Origin: Acetatifactor muris
Lineage (GTDB): Bacteria > Bacillota > Clostridia > Lachnospirales > Lachnospiraceae
Length of the DNA: 64,000 bases
Reading direction: 5' to 3'
Assembly (NCBI GenBank): GCA_023664365.1
Contig: JAMPFR010000011.1
Span: 2,922 to 66,921, forward strand
Below the pieces are notes generated by a model, which worked only from the letters and a program-made list of their open reading frames with translations, was not told where the DNA came from and did not search any database. The translations under genes were made by a program, and so were the position numbers. Positions 56,598 through 64,000 of this stretch are shown in pieces. Each line of letters opens with the position of its first letter. Within the stretch, counting starts at the first letter, position 1.

Positions 56598-59500
56598 GAA
56601 TCCTGATGTAAAGCGCGTTATGGTAATCGGCTCCGGCCCCATCGTCATCGGGCAGGCTGCGGAGTTTGACTATGCGGGAACCCAGGCATGCCGTTCCCTG
56701 AAGGAGGAGGGGGTGGAGGTCATTCTGGTGAACTCCAATCCCGCCACCATTATGACGGATAAGGATATTGCGGATAAGGTTTATATCGAGCCTCTGACGG
56801 TGAAGGTGCTGGAGCAGATTATTGAGCAGGAGAAGCCGGACAGCATTCTGCCTACCCTGGGAGGCCAGGCGGGCCTGAACCTGGGGATGGAGCTGGAGGA
56901 ATCCGGATTTCTGGCGGCCCACGGCGTTACGCTGCTTGGAACCACCGCGGCTACCATCCGCAATGCGGAGGGCAGGCAGGAGTTTAAGGATCTGATGGAG
57001 CGGATAGGGGAGCCCTGCGCCGCTTCCCTGGTGGTGGAAAATGTAGCGGACGGCATTGCATTTACCGACAAAATAGGCTACCCTGTGGTGCTCCGTCCCG
57101 CATATACCCTGGGGGGCTCCGGCGGCGGCATCGCCCATAACCGGGCGGAACTGGAAGAAATTCTGGAAAACGGGCTGCGTCTTTCCAGGGTGGGCCAGGT
57201 GCTGGTGGAGCGCTGTATTGCAGGCTGGAAGGAAATCGAGTATGAGGTCATGCGGGACAGCGCCGGTAACTGTATTACGGTTTGTAATATGGAGAACATC
57301 GATCCGGTGGGCGTACATACCGGGGACAGCATCGTGGTTGCACCCTCCCAGACCTTAAGCGACAAGGAGTACCAGATGCTCCGCACCTCCGCCCTGAACA
57401 TTATCAGCGAGCTGAAGATTACCGGGGGCTGCAACGTGCAGTTTGCCCTGCATCCCACCAGCTTTGAGTACTGCGTTATCGAGGTAAATCCCAGAGTGAG
57501 CCGTTCCTCGGCCCTGGCTTCCAAGGCTACGGGGTATCCCATTGCAAAGGTGGCCGCCAAGATAGCCCTGGGCTATACCTTGGATGAGATTCGGAACGCC
57601 ATCACTCAGAAAACCTATGCTTCCTTTGAGCCTGCGCTGGATTACTGCGTGGTGAAGCTTCCCAGGCTGCCCTTTGACAAGTTTCTCACGGCAAAGCGGA
57701 CCCTGACTACACAGATGAAGGCCACCGGCGAGGTCATGAGCATCTGCGACAATTTCGAGGGGGCGCTGATGAAGGCCGTTCGTTCCCTGGAGCAGCATGT
57801 GGACTGTCTGCTGAGTTATGATTTTTCCGCCCTTTCCCGGGAGGAACTGACAGAGCAGCTTAAGGTGGCGGACGATCGGAGGATCTGGGTCATAGCGGAG
57901 GCGATCCGCAAGGGCGTCAGCTATGAGGAAATCCATGAGCTTACCATGATTGATGTCTGGTTTATCGATAAGCTTGCCATCCTGGTGGAAATGGAGGAGG
58001 CGCTGAAAACCCGGGAACTGACGCCGGAGCTTCTGCGGGAGGCAAAACGGCTGGAGTTCCCGGATGCCTGCATTGCCCGGCTTACCGGCAGGACGGAGGA
58101 AGAGATAAAGAGACTGCGGTATGAGAACGGCATCCGGGCAGTTTACAGAATGGTGGACACCTGCGCCGCGGAATTTGCCGCGGCTACGCCTTATTATTAT
58201 TCTGTTTACGGTGGAGAATGTGAAAGCAGTGCAGATAGAAATTCTAATGCCGCCGCTCCCCGGAAAAAGGTTCTGGTATTGGGCTCCGGCCCTATCCGTA
58301 TCGGCCAGGGCATAGAGTTTGACTATTGCTCCGTCCATGCCACCTGGGCTTTTTCCCGGGAGGGCTACGAGACCATTATCATCAACAACAATCCCGAGAC
58401 GGTAAGCACGGATTTTGACATTGCGGATAAGCTGTATTTTGAGCCCCTGACAGCGGAGGATGTGGAAGCCGTCGTAAATATCGAGCATCCTGACGGAGCG
58501 GTGGTGCAGTTTGGCGGACAGACAGCCATCAAGCTGACGGAAAGCCTGATGAAGATGGGAGTGCCTATCTGGGGCACAAAGGCGGAGGATGTGGACGCCG
58601 CCGAGGACAGGGAGCTTTTTGATAAAATTCTGGAGCAGACGGGAATCCCCCGGGCAGCAGGCGGAACGGTGTACACTGCGGAGGAGGCCAAAGAGGTGGC
58701 AAACCGCCTGGGTTACCCTGTGCTGGTAAGGCCCTCCTATGTGCTGGGCGGCCAGGGAATGCAGATTGCCATTTCCGACCGGGAGATTGAGGAATTCATG
58801 GAAATCATCAACCGGATTGCCCAGGATCATCCCATTCTGGTGGACAAGTATCTGCAGGGCAAGGAGATTGAGGTGGACGCAGTCTGCGACGGTACGGACA
58901 TTCTGATTCCGGGAATCATGGAGCATATCGAGAGGACCGGCGTACATTCCGGAGACAGCATCTCCGTATATCCGGCCCATACCATCGGCAAGCTGGTGAA
59001 GGACAAGATTGCGGAGTACACCAGGAGACTTGCCACTGCCCTCCATGTGAAGGGGCTTATTAACATCCAGTTTATCGCTATCGGCGAGGACGTGTATGTC
59101 ATTGAGGTCAATCCCCGCTCCTCCAGGACGGTGCCCTATATCAGCAAGGTGACGGGAATCCCCATTGTGGATCTGGCTGCGGAGGTCATTATCGGGAAGA
59201 CTATCCGGGAGCTGGGCTACAAGCCGGGACTGCAGCCGGAGGCGGAATATTACGCTATCAAGATGCCCGTATTCTCCTTTGAGAAAATCCGGGGTGCGGA
59301 AATCAGCCTGGGGCCGGAGATGAAATCCACCGGCGAATGCCTGGGCGTGGCAAGGACCTTTAACGAGGCGCTGTACAAGGCGTTTCTGGGAGCGGGCGTG
59401 GATCTGCCCAAATATAAAAACCTGATTATGACAGTGAAGGACGCGGACAAGGGAGAAGCCGTTGAAATAGGCAGACGCTTTGAAAGATTAGGCTATACCA

Positions 59501-59808
59501 TTTATGCCACCAGAAGCACTGCCGCGGCCCTGAATGAGGCCGGCGTGAAGGCCAGAAAGGTGAACAAGATTTCCCAGGAGTCCCCTACGGTCATGGATTT
59601 GATTCTGGGCCATAAGATAGACCTTGTTATCGATACCCCCACCCAGGGGCGTGACAAGAGCAGGGACGGCTTCCTGATTCGCCGCACCTCCATCGAGACG
59701 GGCGTAAACGTGATTACCGCCATGGATACCGCCAGGGCGCTGGTGAGCAGCCTGGAGAACAAGGAAAATGACGGGAAACTGACACTGGTGGACATTGCGG
59801 CGCTGTGA
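56590..59808 (+). CDS. carB: Carbamoyl-phosphate synthase large subunit
   Basis: 1072 aa with duplicated ATP-grasp halves and an MGS-like C-terminal domain. Overlaps the carA stop. Confidence 0.95.
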   Translation: MPKNPDVKRVMVIGSGPIVIGQAAEFDYAGTQACRSLKEEGVEVILVNSNPATIMTDKDIADKVYIEPLTVKVLEQIIEQEKPDSILPTLGGQAGLNLGMELEESGFLAAHGVTLLGTTAATIRNAEGRQEFKDLMERIGEPCAASLVVENVADGIAFTDKIGYPVVLRPAYTLGGSGGGIAHNRAELEEILENGLRLSRVGQVLVERCIAGWKEIEYEVMRDSAGNCITVCNMENIDPVGVHTGDSIVVAPSQTLSDKEYQMLRTSALNIISELKITGGCNVQFALHPTSFEYCVIEVNPRVSRSSALASKATGYPIAKVAAKIALGYTLDEIRNAITQKTYASFEPALDYCVVKLPRLPFDKFLTAKRTLTTQMKATGEVMSICDNFEGALMKAVRSLEQHVDCLLSYDFSALSREELTEQLKVADDRRIWVIAEAIRKGVSYEEIHELTMIDVWFIDKLAILVEMEEALKTRELTPELLREAKRLEFPDACIARLTGRTEEEIKRLRYENGIRAVYRMVDTCAAEFAAATPYYYSVYGGECESSADRNSNAAAPRKKVLVLGSGPIRIGQGIEFDYCSVHATWAFSREGYETIIINNNPETVSTDFDIADKLYFEPLTAEDVEAVVNIEHPDGAVVQFGGQTAIKLTESLMKMGVPIWGTKAEDVDAAEDRELFDKILEQTGIPRAAGGTVYTAEEAKEVANRLGYPVLVRPSYVLGGQGMQIAISDREIEEFMEIINRIAQDHPILVDKYLQGKEIEVDAVCDGTDILIPGIMEHIERTGVHSGDSISVYPAHTIGKLVKDKIAEYTRRLATALHVKGLINIQFIAIGEDVYVIEVNPRSSRTVPYISKVTGIPIVDLAAEVIIGKTIRELGYKPGLQPEAEYYAIKMPVFSFEKIRGAEISLGPEMKSTGECLGVARTFNEALYKAFLGAGVDLPKYKNLIMTVKDADKGEAVEIGRRFERLGYTIYATRSTAAALNEAGVKARKVNKISQESPTVMDLILGHKIDLVIDTPTQGRDKSRDGFLIRRTSIETGVNVITAMDTARALVSSLENKENDGKLTLVDIAAL

Positions 59809-59958
59809 GGGGTCACAGCGGTTCGGTCTCCTGCTTAAAAGAGGGCTGAGCTTATTATACAAATTTTGGTTTGGAAATGGGAAAAACTGCATATAATATT
59901 TCCAAAAGCCGCCCGGCCCGGGCCTGAATCCCCGGGCGGGCAGGAATGGAGGAAGAAT

Positions 59959-60624
59959 ATGAAAGCAGAGACTTACCCTTTTATTGTACGTCCCTTACCC
60001 TATGAATATGATGCGCTGGTGCCGGTGCTGGACGAGGAGACCCTGCATTTTCACCATGACAGACATTATAAGACCTATGTGGACAATTTGAACAGCGCGC
60101 TGTCGGATTATCCGGAGCTTCAAAAGAGAAGCCTGAAAGAGCTTTTAAACGGCATAGACAGGCTGCCGCCCCAGATACAGACGGCTGTCCGCAATAACGG
60201 AGGCGGGGTGTTTAATCACGAGCTGTACTTTGATTCCATGAAGAATCCCACAGGCCAGGAGCCGGAAGGAGCGCTGGCGGAAGCCATTGAACGGGATTTC
60301 GGCTCTTACAGGCAGTGGAAGGAGCAGATGAAGCAGGCGGCCCTGGGCAGATTCGGCTCAGGCTGGGCATGGCTGGTAACGGACAGGGACGGCCGCCTCT
60401 CCATTCTTCAGACTGCAAATCAGGATGTGCCGGATCCGGATGAGTTTATACCTGTCCTGTTGGTGGATGTGTGGGAGCATGCCTATTATCTGCAGTATCA
60501 GAACAGGCGGGCGGATTATGTGGACGGCTGGTTTAACCTGATTAACTGGCGCAAGGCAGGCAAACGGTACGAGGAAGCCACGGGAGCAGGCCGTGCTGAC
60601 GCCGGGCACATGGGAAATTTCTGA
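59959..60624 (+). CDS. sodA: Fe/Mn superoxide dismutase
   Basis: HHDRHYKTYVDNLN and DVWEHAYYLQYQNRRADYV signatures. The metal specificity cannot be called. Confidence 0.9.
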   Translation: MKAETYPFIVRPLPYEYDALVPVLDEETLHFHHDRHYKTYVDNLNSALSDYPELQKRSLKELLNGIDRLPPQIQTAVRNNGGGVFNHELYFDSMKNPTGQEPEGALAEAIERDFGSYRQWKEQMKQAALGRFGSGWAWLVTDRDGRLSILQTANQDVPDPDEFIPVLLVDVWEHAYYLQYQNRRADYVDGWFNLINWRKAGKRYEEATGAGRADAGHMGNF

Positions 60625-60921
60625 GGGGTATAGCGTAAGAGCCGAAGAAAGACCGATAAAAAGAGGAGCTGTGCATGAACCCTGTGCCGGCTCCTTTTCT
60701 GCGGAAAATTCTGTTTTTACATTTATGTAACCTGCAGGGTAAAACGGTTGTAAAAAGAAAAAATATGTTATAATATATCCGTAGAACCTGAGATTAAGTC
60801 AAAATTTGACAAAAAACGGAAAATGTCGGGAACCCTTTTCGACTTTTATGTATCTAACATATGTAGGGTGCCATTTTCAAGCGTAAAAGATGCTAAAAGA
60901 TATGGAAAGAGGTTTTGGGCA

Positions 60922-61383
60922 ATGAAACAAATTGAATTTTGTGAACAAGTCAGTCAATACAGGTATCAATTTTACATAACGGCTTATGCCCTCCTGAAGA
61001 ATGAGGCGGATGCGGAGGACGCTGTCTGCAGTGCCATTCTGAACGGATATGAGCATCTGGCGCAGTTAAAGAATCCGAAGAAATTCAAGGCGTGGATGCT
61101 TACCATTACCAGAAACGAGGCATTGAAGCTCCGCAGCAGGAGAATGGGACTGCCGGGAGACGAAACGGTGGAACAGCTGCTGCCGCCGTCCTACGATGAA
61201 CATAACGAGCTGTGGGATATTGTGCAGACATTAAAAGAGGAGTACCGCATCGTCATTGTACTTTTCTATTACAACGGGCTGTCCCTGAAGGACATTTCCG
61301 ATGTGCTGGATATCTCCGTGGGAACGGTAAAGTCCCGTCTGGCCAGGGGAAGGAAGCTTTTGAAGGACGCTTTGGGCGAATAG
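60922..61383 (+). CDS. ECF-type RNA polymerase sigma-70 family factor
   Basis: Region 2 reads AEDAVCSAILNGY...FKAWMLTITRNEA. Region 4 reads LFYYNGLSLKDISDVLDISVGTVKSRLARGRKLL. Confidence 0.88.
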   Translation: MKQIEFCEQVSQYRYQFYITAYALLKNEADAEDAVCSAILNGYEHLAQLKNPKKFKAWMLTITRNEALKLRSRRMGLPGDETVEQLLPPSYDEHNELWDIVQTLKEEYRIVIVLFYYNGLSLKDISDVLDISVGTVKSRLARGRKLLKDALGE

Positions 61384-61405
61384 GTGAAATATAGGTGGAA
61401 TAAAG

Positions 61406-62479
61406 ATGAGTAAATTTGACAGGAAACTGAAAGAACTATCCAAAAACATAGAGGTTCCGAAATCCTATGATGAGAAGGTGGACAAGGTTCTGCTGGATAT
61501 CATGAAAAGAGACGAGGCCGTGCTGCAGAAGAAGAGCGGCAGGCTGCTGCCCCGGCTGGCAGTGTGTCTGATCCTCATTATCTGTGCCATCTCTCTGTAT
61601 ACCATAGACGCCCATGCCCATATCTTTTCTTTCTTTAAGGAATCGATTCTGGATTTTCTGGGAAGAGGGAGCGGGGAAGACAATATCGAGGATATGGGCG
61701 TGGAGAGCGAAAAGCTGTCGGTGAGCAGTAAGCCGGATCTGAAGATGGAGCTGCAGGAAAAGGTGATCGACAGCCACAGCATCTATCTGCTGGTGCAGAT
61801 GGCGGCTCCCTCCGATATCCGGTTTGGGGAAAATGTTGCATTTGATTATTACTGCTTCTGCAGGGGGACAAACTATAGTACGGAGCAGCTTCTGGGCGGT
61901 TCCATTTCCTGTGAGCTGGTGGAGGTCAGTGAGGAAGCGCCCAATCTGGCTACTTATATGGTAAGCCTGGTATTCGACGAGACCTTGGAGGAGGGCAGCA
62001 AGGTGACGGTCTTCTTTGAGGATCTGGCGAAGGATCTTTATACCGAGAGTCAGGAGCTGCTGATAGACGGGGTGTGGAGCATTACCTTCGATTATTACCC
62101 TACGGTTACAGAGCACATAGAGGTGGAGGGGACTCCGGAGATGGAATTTGCCTTTGTCAATACCACGGCGAATCTCATGAACCTGGAAATATCACCCTTC
62201 GGGTTGGTTCTGCAGGCGGATGTCTCCAAATTCCCCGCGGATGAACTGGGGGTCACGGACACAAATATTGCCATCAGGCTGGTGATGATCGACGGAAGTG
62301 AGTTGACAGTGGTGACCCATGACCCTGACGTGCGGGGATATGTCCAGGGCGGCAGCACATCCTTCAGCAATGAGGAGGACAGGACTTATGAGCAGGTAAA
62401 TCTTGAGTTCACCAATATGATCAATCTTGCGAAGATAGTGGGGATCTATATCGAAGATCTGTATCTGCCCCTAAAATAA
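61406..62479 (+). CDS. Putative anti-sigma factor (single-pass membrane protein, DUF4179-like)
   Basis: Immediately downstream of the ECF sigma gene. Short cytoplasmic N-terminus, one TM helix (LAVCLILIICAISLYTI), then an extracytoplasmic domain. Confidence 0.65.
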   Translation: MSKFDRKLKELSKNIEVPKSYDEKVDKVLLDIMKRDEAVLQKKSGRLLPRLAVCLILIICAISLYTIDAHAHIFSFFKESILDFLGRGSGEDNIEDMGVESEKLSVSSKPDLKMELQEKVIDSHSIYLLVQMAAPSDIRFGENVAFDYYCFCRGTNYSTEQLLGGSISCELVEVSEEAPNLATYMVSLVFDETLEEGSKVTVFFEDLAKDLYTESQELLIDGVWSITFDYYPTVTEHIEVEGTPEMEFAFVNTTANLMNLEISPFGLVLQADVSKFPADELGVTDTNIAIRLVMIDGSELTVVTHDPDVRGYVQGGSTSFSNEEDRTYEQVNLEFTNMINLAKIVGIYIEDLYLPLK

Positions 62480-62655
62480 AAATATAAAAAATGCCGGGAA
62501 CCTTTTTACACTCCGCAGTATCTATATATATGAACGGGACAAAGGGACAGTTGTCCCGATCCAAAGCAGCACAGCCCGTTTTGAAAACGGCGGGCTGTGA
62601 CTTTATAGTAAACGGAGGAATAAAAGTATGAAAAAAAGGTTTTTGGCACTGGTTT

Positions 62656-62662
62656 GGGGGGG
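62656..62662 (+). repeat. Homopolymeric G7 tract separating a signal-peptide coding start from the LysM-protein body
   Basis: ctggtttGGGGGGGtaatggc. Removing one G joins the ATG at 62628 to the 62665 frame. Confidence 0.9.
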
Positions 62663-62664
62663 TA

Positions 62665-63648
62665 ATGGCAGCAGGCCTCTGCATGTCTTCGCCCCTCACG
62701 GTACACGCCGACAGTGATCCCTTTGAGGAGGAAGGGCGTGACACATGGGAAGCGGGTCTGGAGGATCCGAACGGCTGGGACTGCAAGGGCTGTACCACGG
62801 ATAAGCATATCACGTCCAGCCGGATCACTGCGGGCAACGGCACCATTACGGTGACGGTGAATCCGGTATACAGCACTGAAGGAAGCGCAACGGCAAGCTG
62901 CAGCATCTGCATTATCAACGAGCAGCAGACGGCGGTATCGGGACTGGATGGCGAGTATTATTATTCGTCGGATCTGAATCCGGGAAATATATATAAGCCT
63001 GCAAAGTGGAGCCAATTTGTGGATCAGTCCAATACGGCGACTTTTTCCGGGCTTCCCAACGGCACCACCTATTATGTGTATTGCATAATGAGAGATTCAC
63101 ACGGAGATTCTGATCATAAAGTACATTATGCAAAATATCTTGGCACGGCTACACCTGCAGCCGGCGCATCTGACGGCAGTGCTTCTTCTGCCAACGTTTC
63201 TTCAGGCAGCAGCAGTCAATCCTTGTGGACTGCTTATGAGGACAAGGTGAACAGCCAGATCAAGACGGCAGAGTCCGGTTCCACTATCGTCATGGACGAG
63301 GGCGTTACTACTTTGTCCAACGCTATGATGCAGGAGCTGCTGGAGAAGGGTGATGTTTCCTTAAGGCTTGAGTTCACCTACGAGGGTACGGATTATGTCA
63401 TCATCATCCCCGCAGGAGCGGCCCTTGACGATGATATTCCCTGGTACGGCCCTCTGTATCTGGCGGCGCACTTCGGAAACAGCGCAGAGGCGGAAGCGGC
63501 TCCCCAGGCAACCTATGTGGTGAAATCCGGCGATACCTTAAGCAAGATCGCGGCGGCAAACCATATGACGCTGAAGGAACTGCTGACAAAGAACCCGCAG
63601 ATCAAGGACGCAAATAAGATCACCGCAGGAAAGAGCATCAACCTGTAA
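62665..63648 (+). CDS. Secreted LysM-domain protein. The body is in this frame; the probable true start at 62628 is out of frame by +1
   Basis: C-terminal LysM YVVKSGDTLSKIAAANHMTLKELLTKNPQIKDANKITAGKSINL. Upstream, RBS GGAGGA plus ATG 62628 encode MKKRFLALVWG..., and minus one G this continues as VMAAGLCMSSPLTVHA-DSD. Confidence 0.8.
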   Translation: MAAGLCMSSPLTVHADSDPFEEEGRDTWEAGLEDPNGWDCKGCTTDKHITSSRITAGNGTITVTVNPVYSTEGSATASCSICIINEQQTAVSGLDGEYYYSSDLNPGNIYKPAKWSQFVDQSNTATFSGLPNGTTYYVYCIMRDSHGDSDHKVHYAKYLGTATPAAGASDGSASSANVSSGSSSQSLWTAYEDKVNSQIKTAESGSTIVMDEGVTTLSNAMMQELLEKGDVSLRLEFTYEGTDYVIIIPAGAALDDDIPWYGPLYLAAHFGNSAEAEAAPQATYVVKSGDTLSKIAAANHMTLKELLTKNPQIKDANKITAGKSINL

Positions 63649-63670
63649 GATAAAGAACCAAGTGTTATAC

Positions 63671-63702
63671 ATAGCGCATCAGCAATGATGCGCTATTTTT
63701 TG
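63671..63702 (+). terminator. Rho-independent terminator after the LysM gene
   Basis: ATAGCGCATCA-gcaa-TGATGCGCTAT followed by TTTTTT. Confidence 0.85.
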
Positions 63703-63731
63703 GTTCCATGGCAAATGCGCTTTGCTTTATC

Positions 63732-63760
63732 TTGCATTTTAGCAAAATGTCCAGTATAAT
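63732..63760 (+). promoter_or_regulatory. Candidate sigma-A promoter of queH
   Basis: TTGCAT (63732-63737), 17-nt spacer, TATAAT (63755-63760). Confidence 0.55.
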
Positions 63761-63814
63761 ACACCACATAATAAAATAGAATTTATTTTCTCAGACTGAA
63801 CAGGAAGCGGGAGT

Positions 63815-64000
63815 ATGAATCGGGTCAATTATCAGAAGGAACTGGATAAGCTGTTAGAGAGGCAGGAAGAGAAAAGGGCGGCGGGAGAAGCGGCGCCCGC
63901 GCTCTTTCTGCACAGCTGCTGCGCGCCCTGCAGCAGTTATGTGCTGGAATATCTGTGCAGCCATTTCCGCATTACGGTTTTTTATTATAATCCCAATATT
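63815..64000 (+). CDS. queH: Epoxyqueuosine reductase QueH (DUF208), 3'-truncated by the window edge
   Basis: LFLHSCCAPCSSYVLEYL...ITVFYYNPNI matches the QueH Cys-rich N-terminal signature. Confidence 0.8.
   Translation, partial: MNRVNYQKELDKLLERQEEKRAAGEAAPALFLHSCCAPCSSYVLEYLCSHFRITVFYYNPNI

Overview
The window looks like a Firmicutes (Clostridia, Lachnospiraceae-like) chromosomal segment, judged from gene content and motifs only because no database search was possible. Most of it is housekeeping. Nucleotide metabolism genes are nrdD, pyrF, pyrE, purE-purM-purN-purD, purL and carAB. A starch/maltodextrin locus holds a type I pullulanase, a GH13 amylase and an ABC binding protein with two permeases. 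Other recognisable genes are clpC, radA, tRNA-Trp, pepF, mscL, an Fe/Mn superoxide dismutase, a hybrid histidine kinase, a D-Ala-D-Ala carboxypeptidase, and an ECF sigma/anti-sigma pair. Two visibly AT-rich accessory islands stand out; sampled lines give high-30s %GC against roughly 50-65% elsewhere, which is an eyeball estimate. Island 1 (1-2880) has a 501-aa unknown protein that may be cut by the window edge. It also has a 312-aa Fic/Doc-fold protein whose catalytic His is replaced by Gln, preceded by two tandem ~41-bp palindromes. Island 2 (8816-11280) is a decayed type I restriction-modification locus with hsdM, hsdS and possible hsdR remnants. It also holds an intact MNT antitoxin gene, a HEPN toxin gene killed by one in-frame TAA, and a small overlapping two-gene module. 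The structural signal I trust most is a nested-palindrome MITE-like repeat family with identical 12-bp termini. One copy (13346-13438) is flanked by an 8-bp direct duplication, and a larger copy (33025-33199) has compensatory stem changes. Other points of interest:
- NrdD has a C-terminal thioredoxin-like CxxC fusion and no adjacent nrdG.
- A secreted LysM protein is split from its signal peptide by a G7 tract.
- clpC sits behind a GntR/YtrA regulator rather than ctsR.
- A 762-aa protein starts with a cNMP-binding-like domain and is otherwise uncharacterised.
- The sugar-binding protein carries an extra C-terminal domain that may bind carbohydrate.
No CRISPR array, rRNA, integrase or transposase gene was seen. 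Start codons were chosen by RBS inspection and are approximate.
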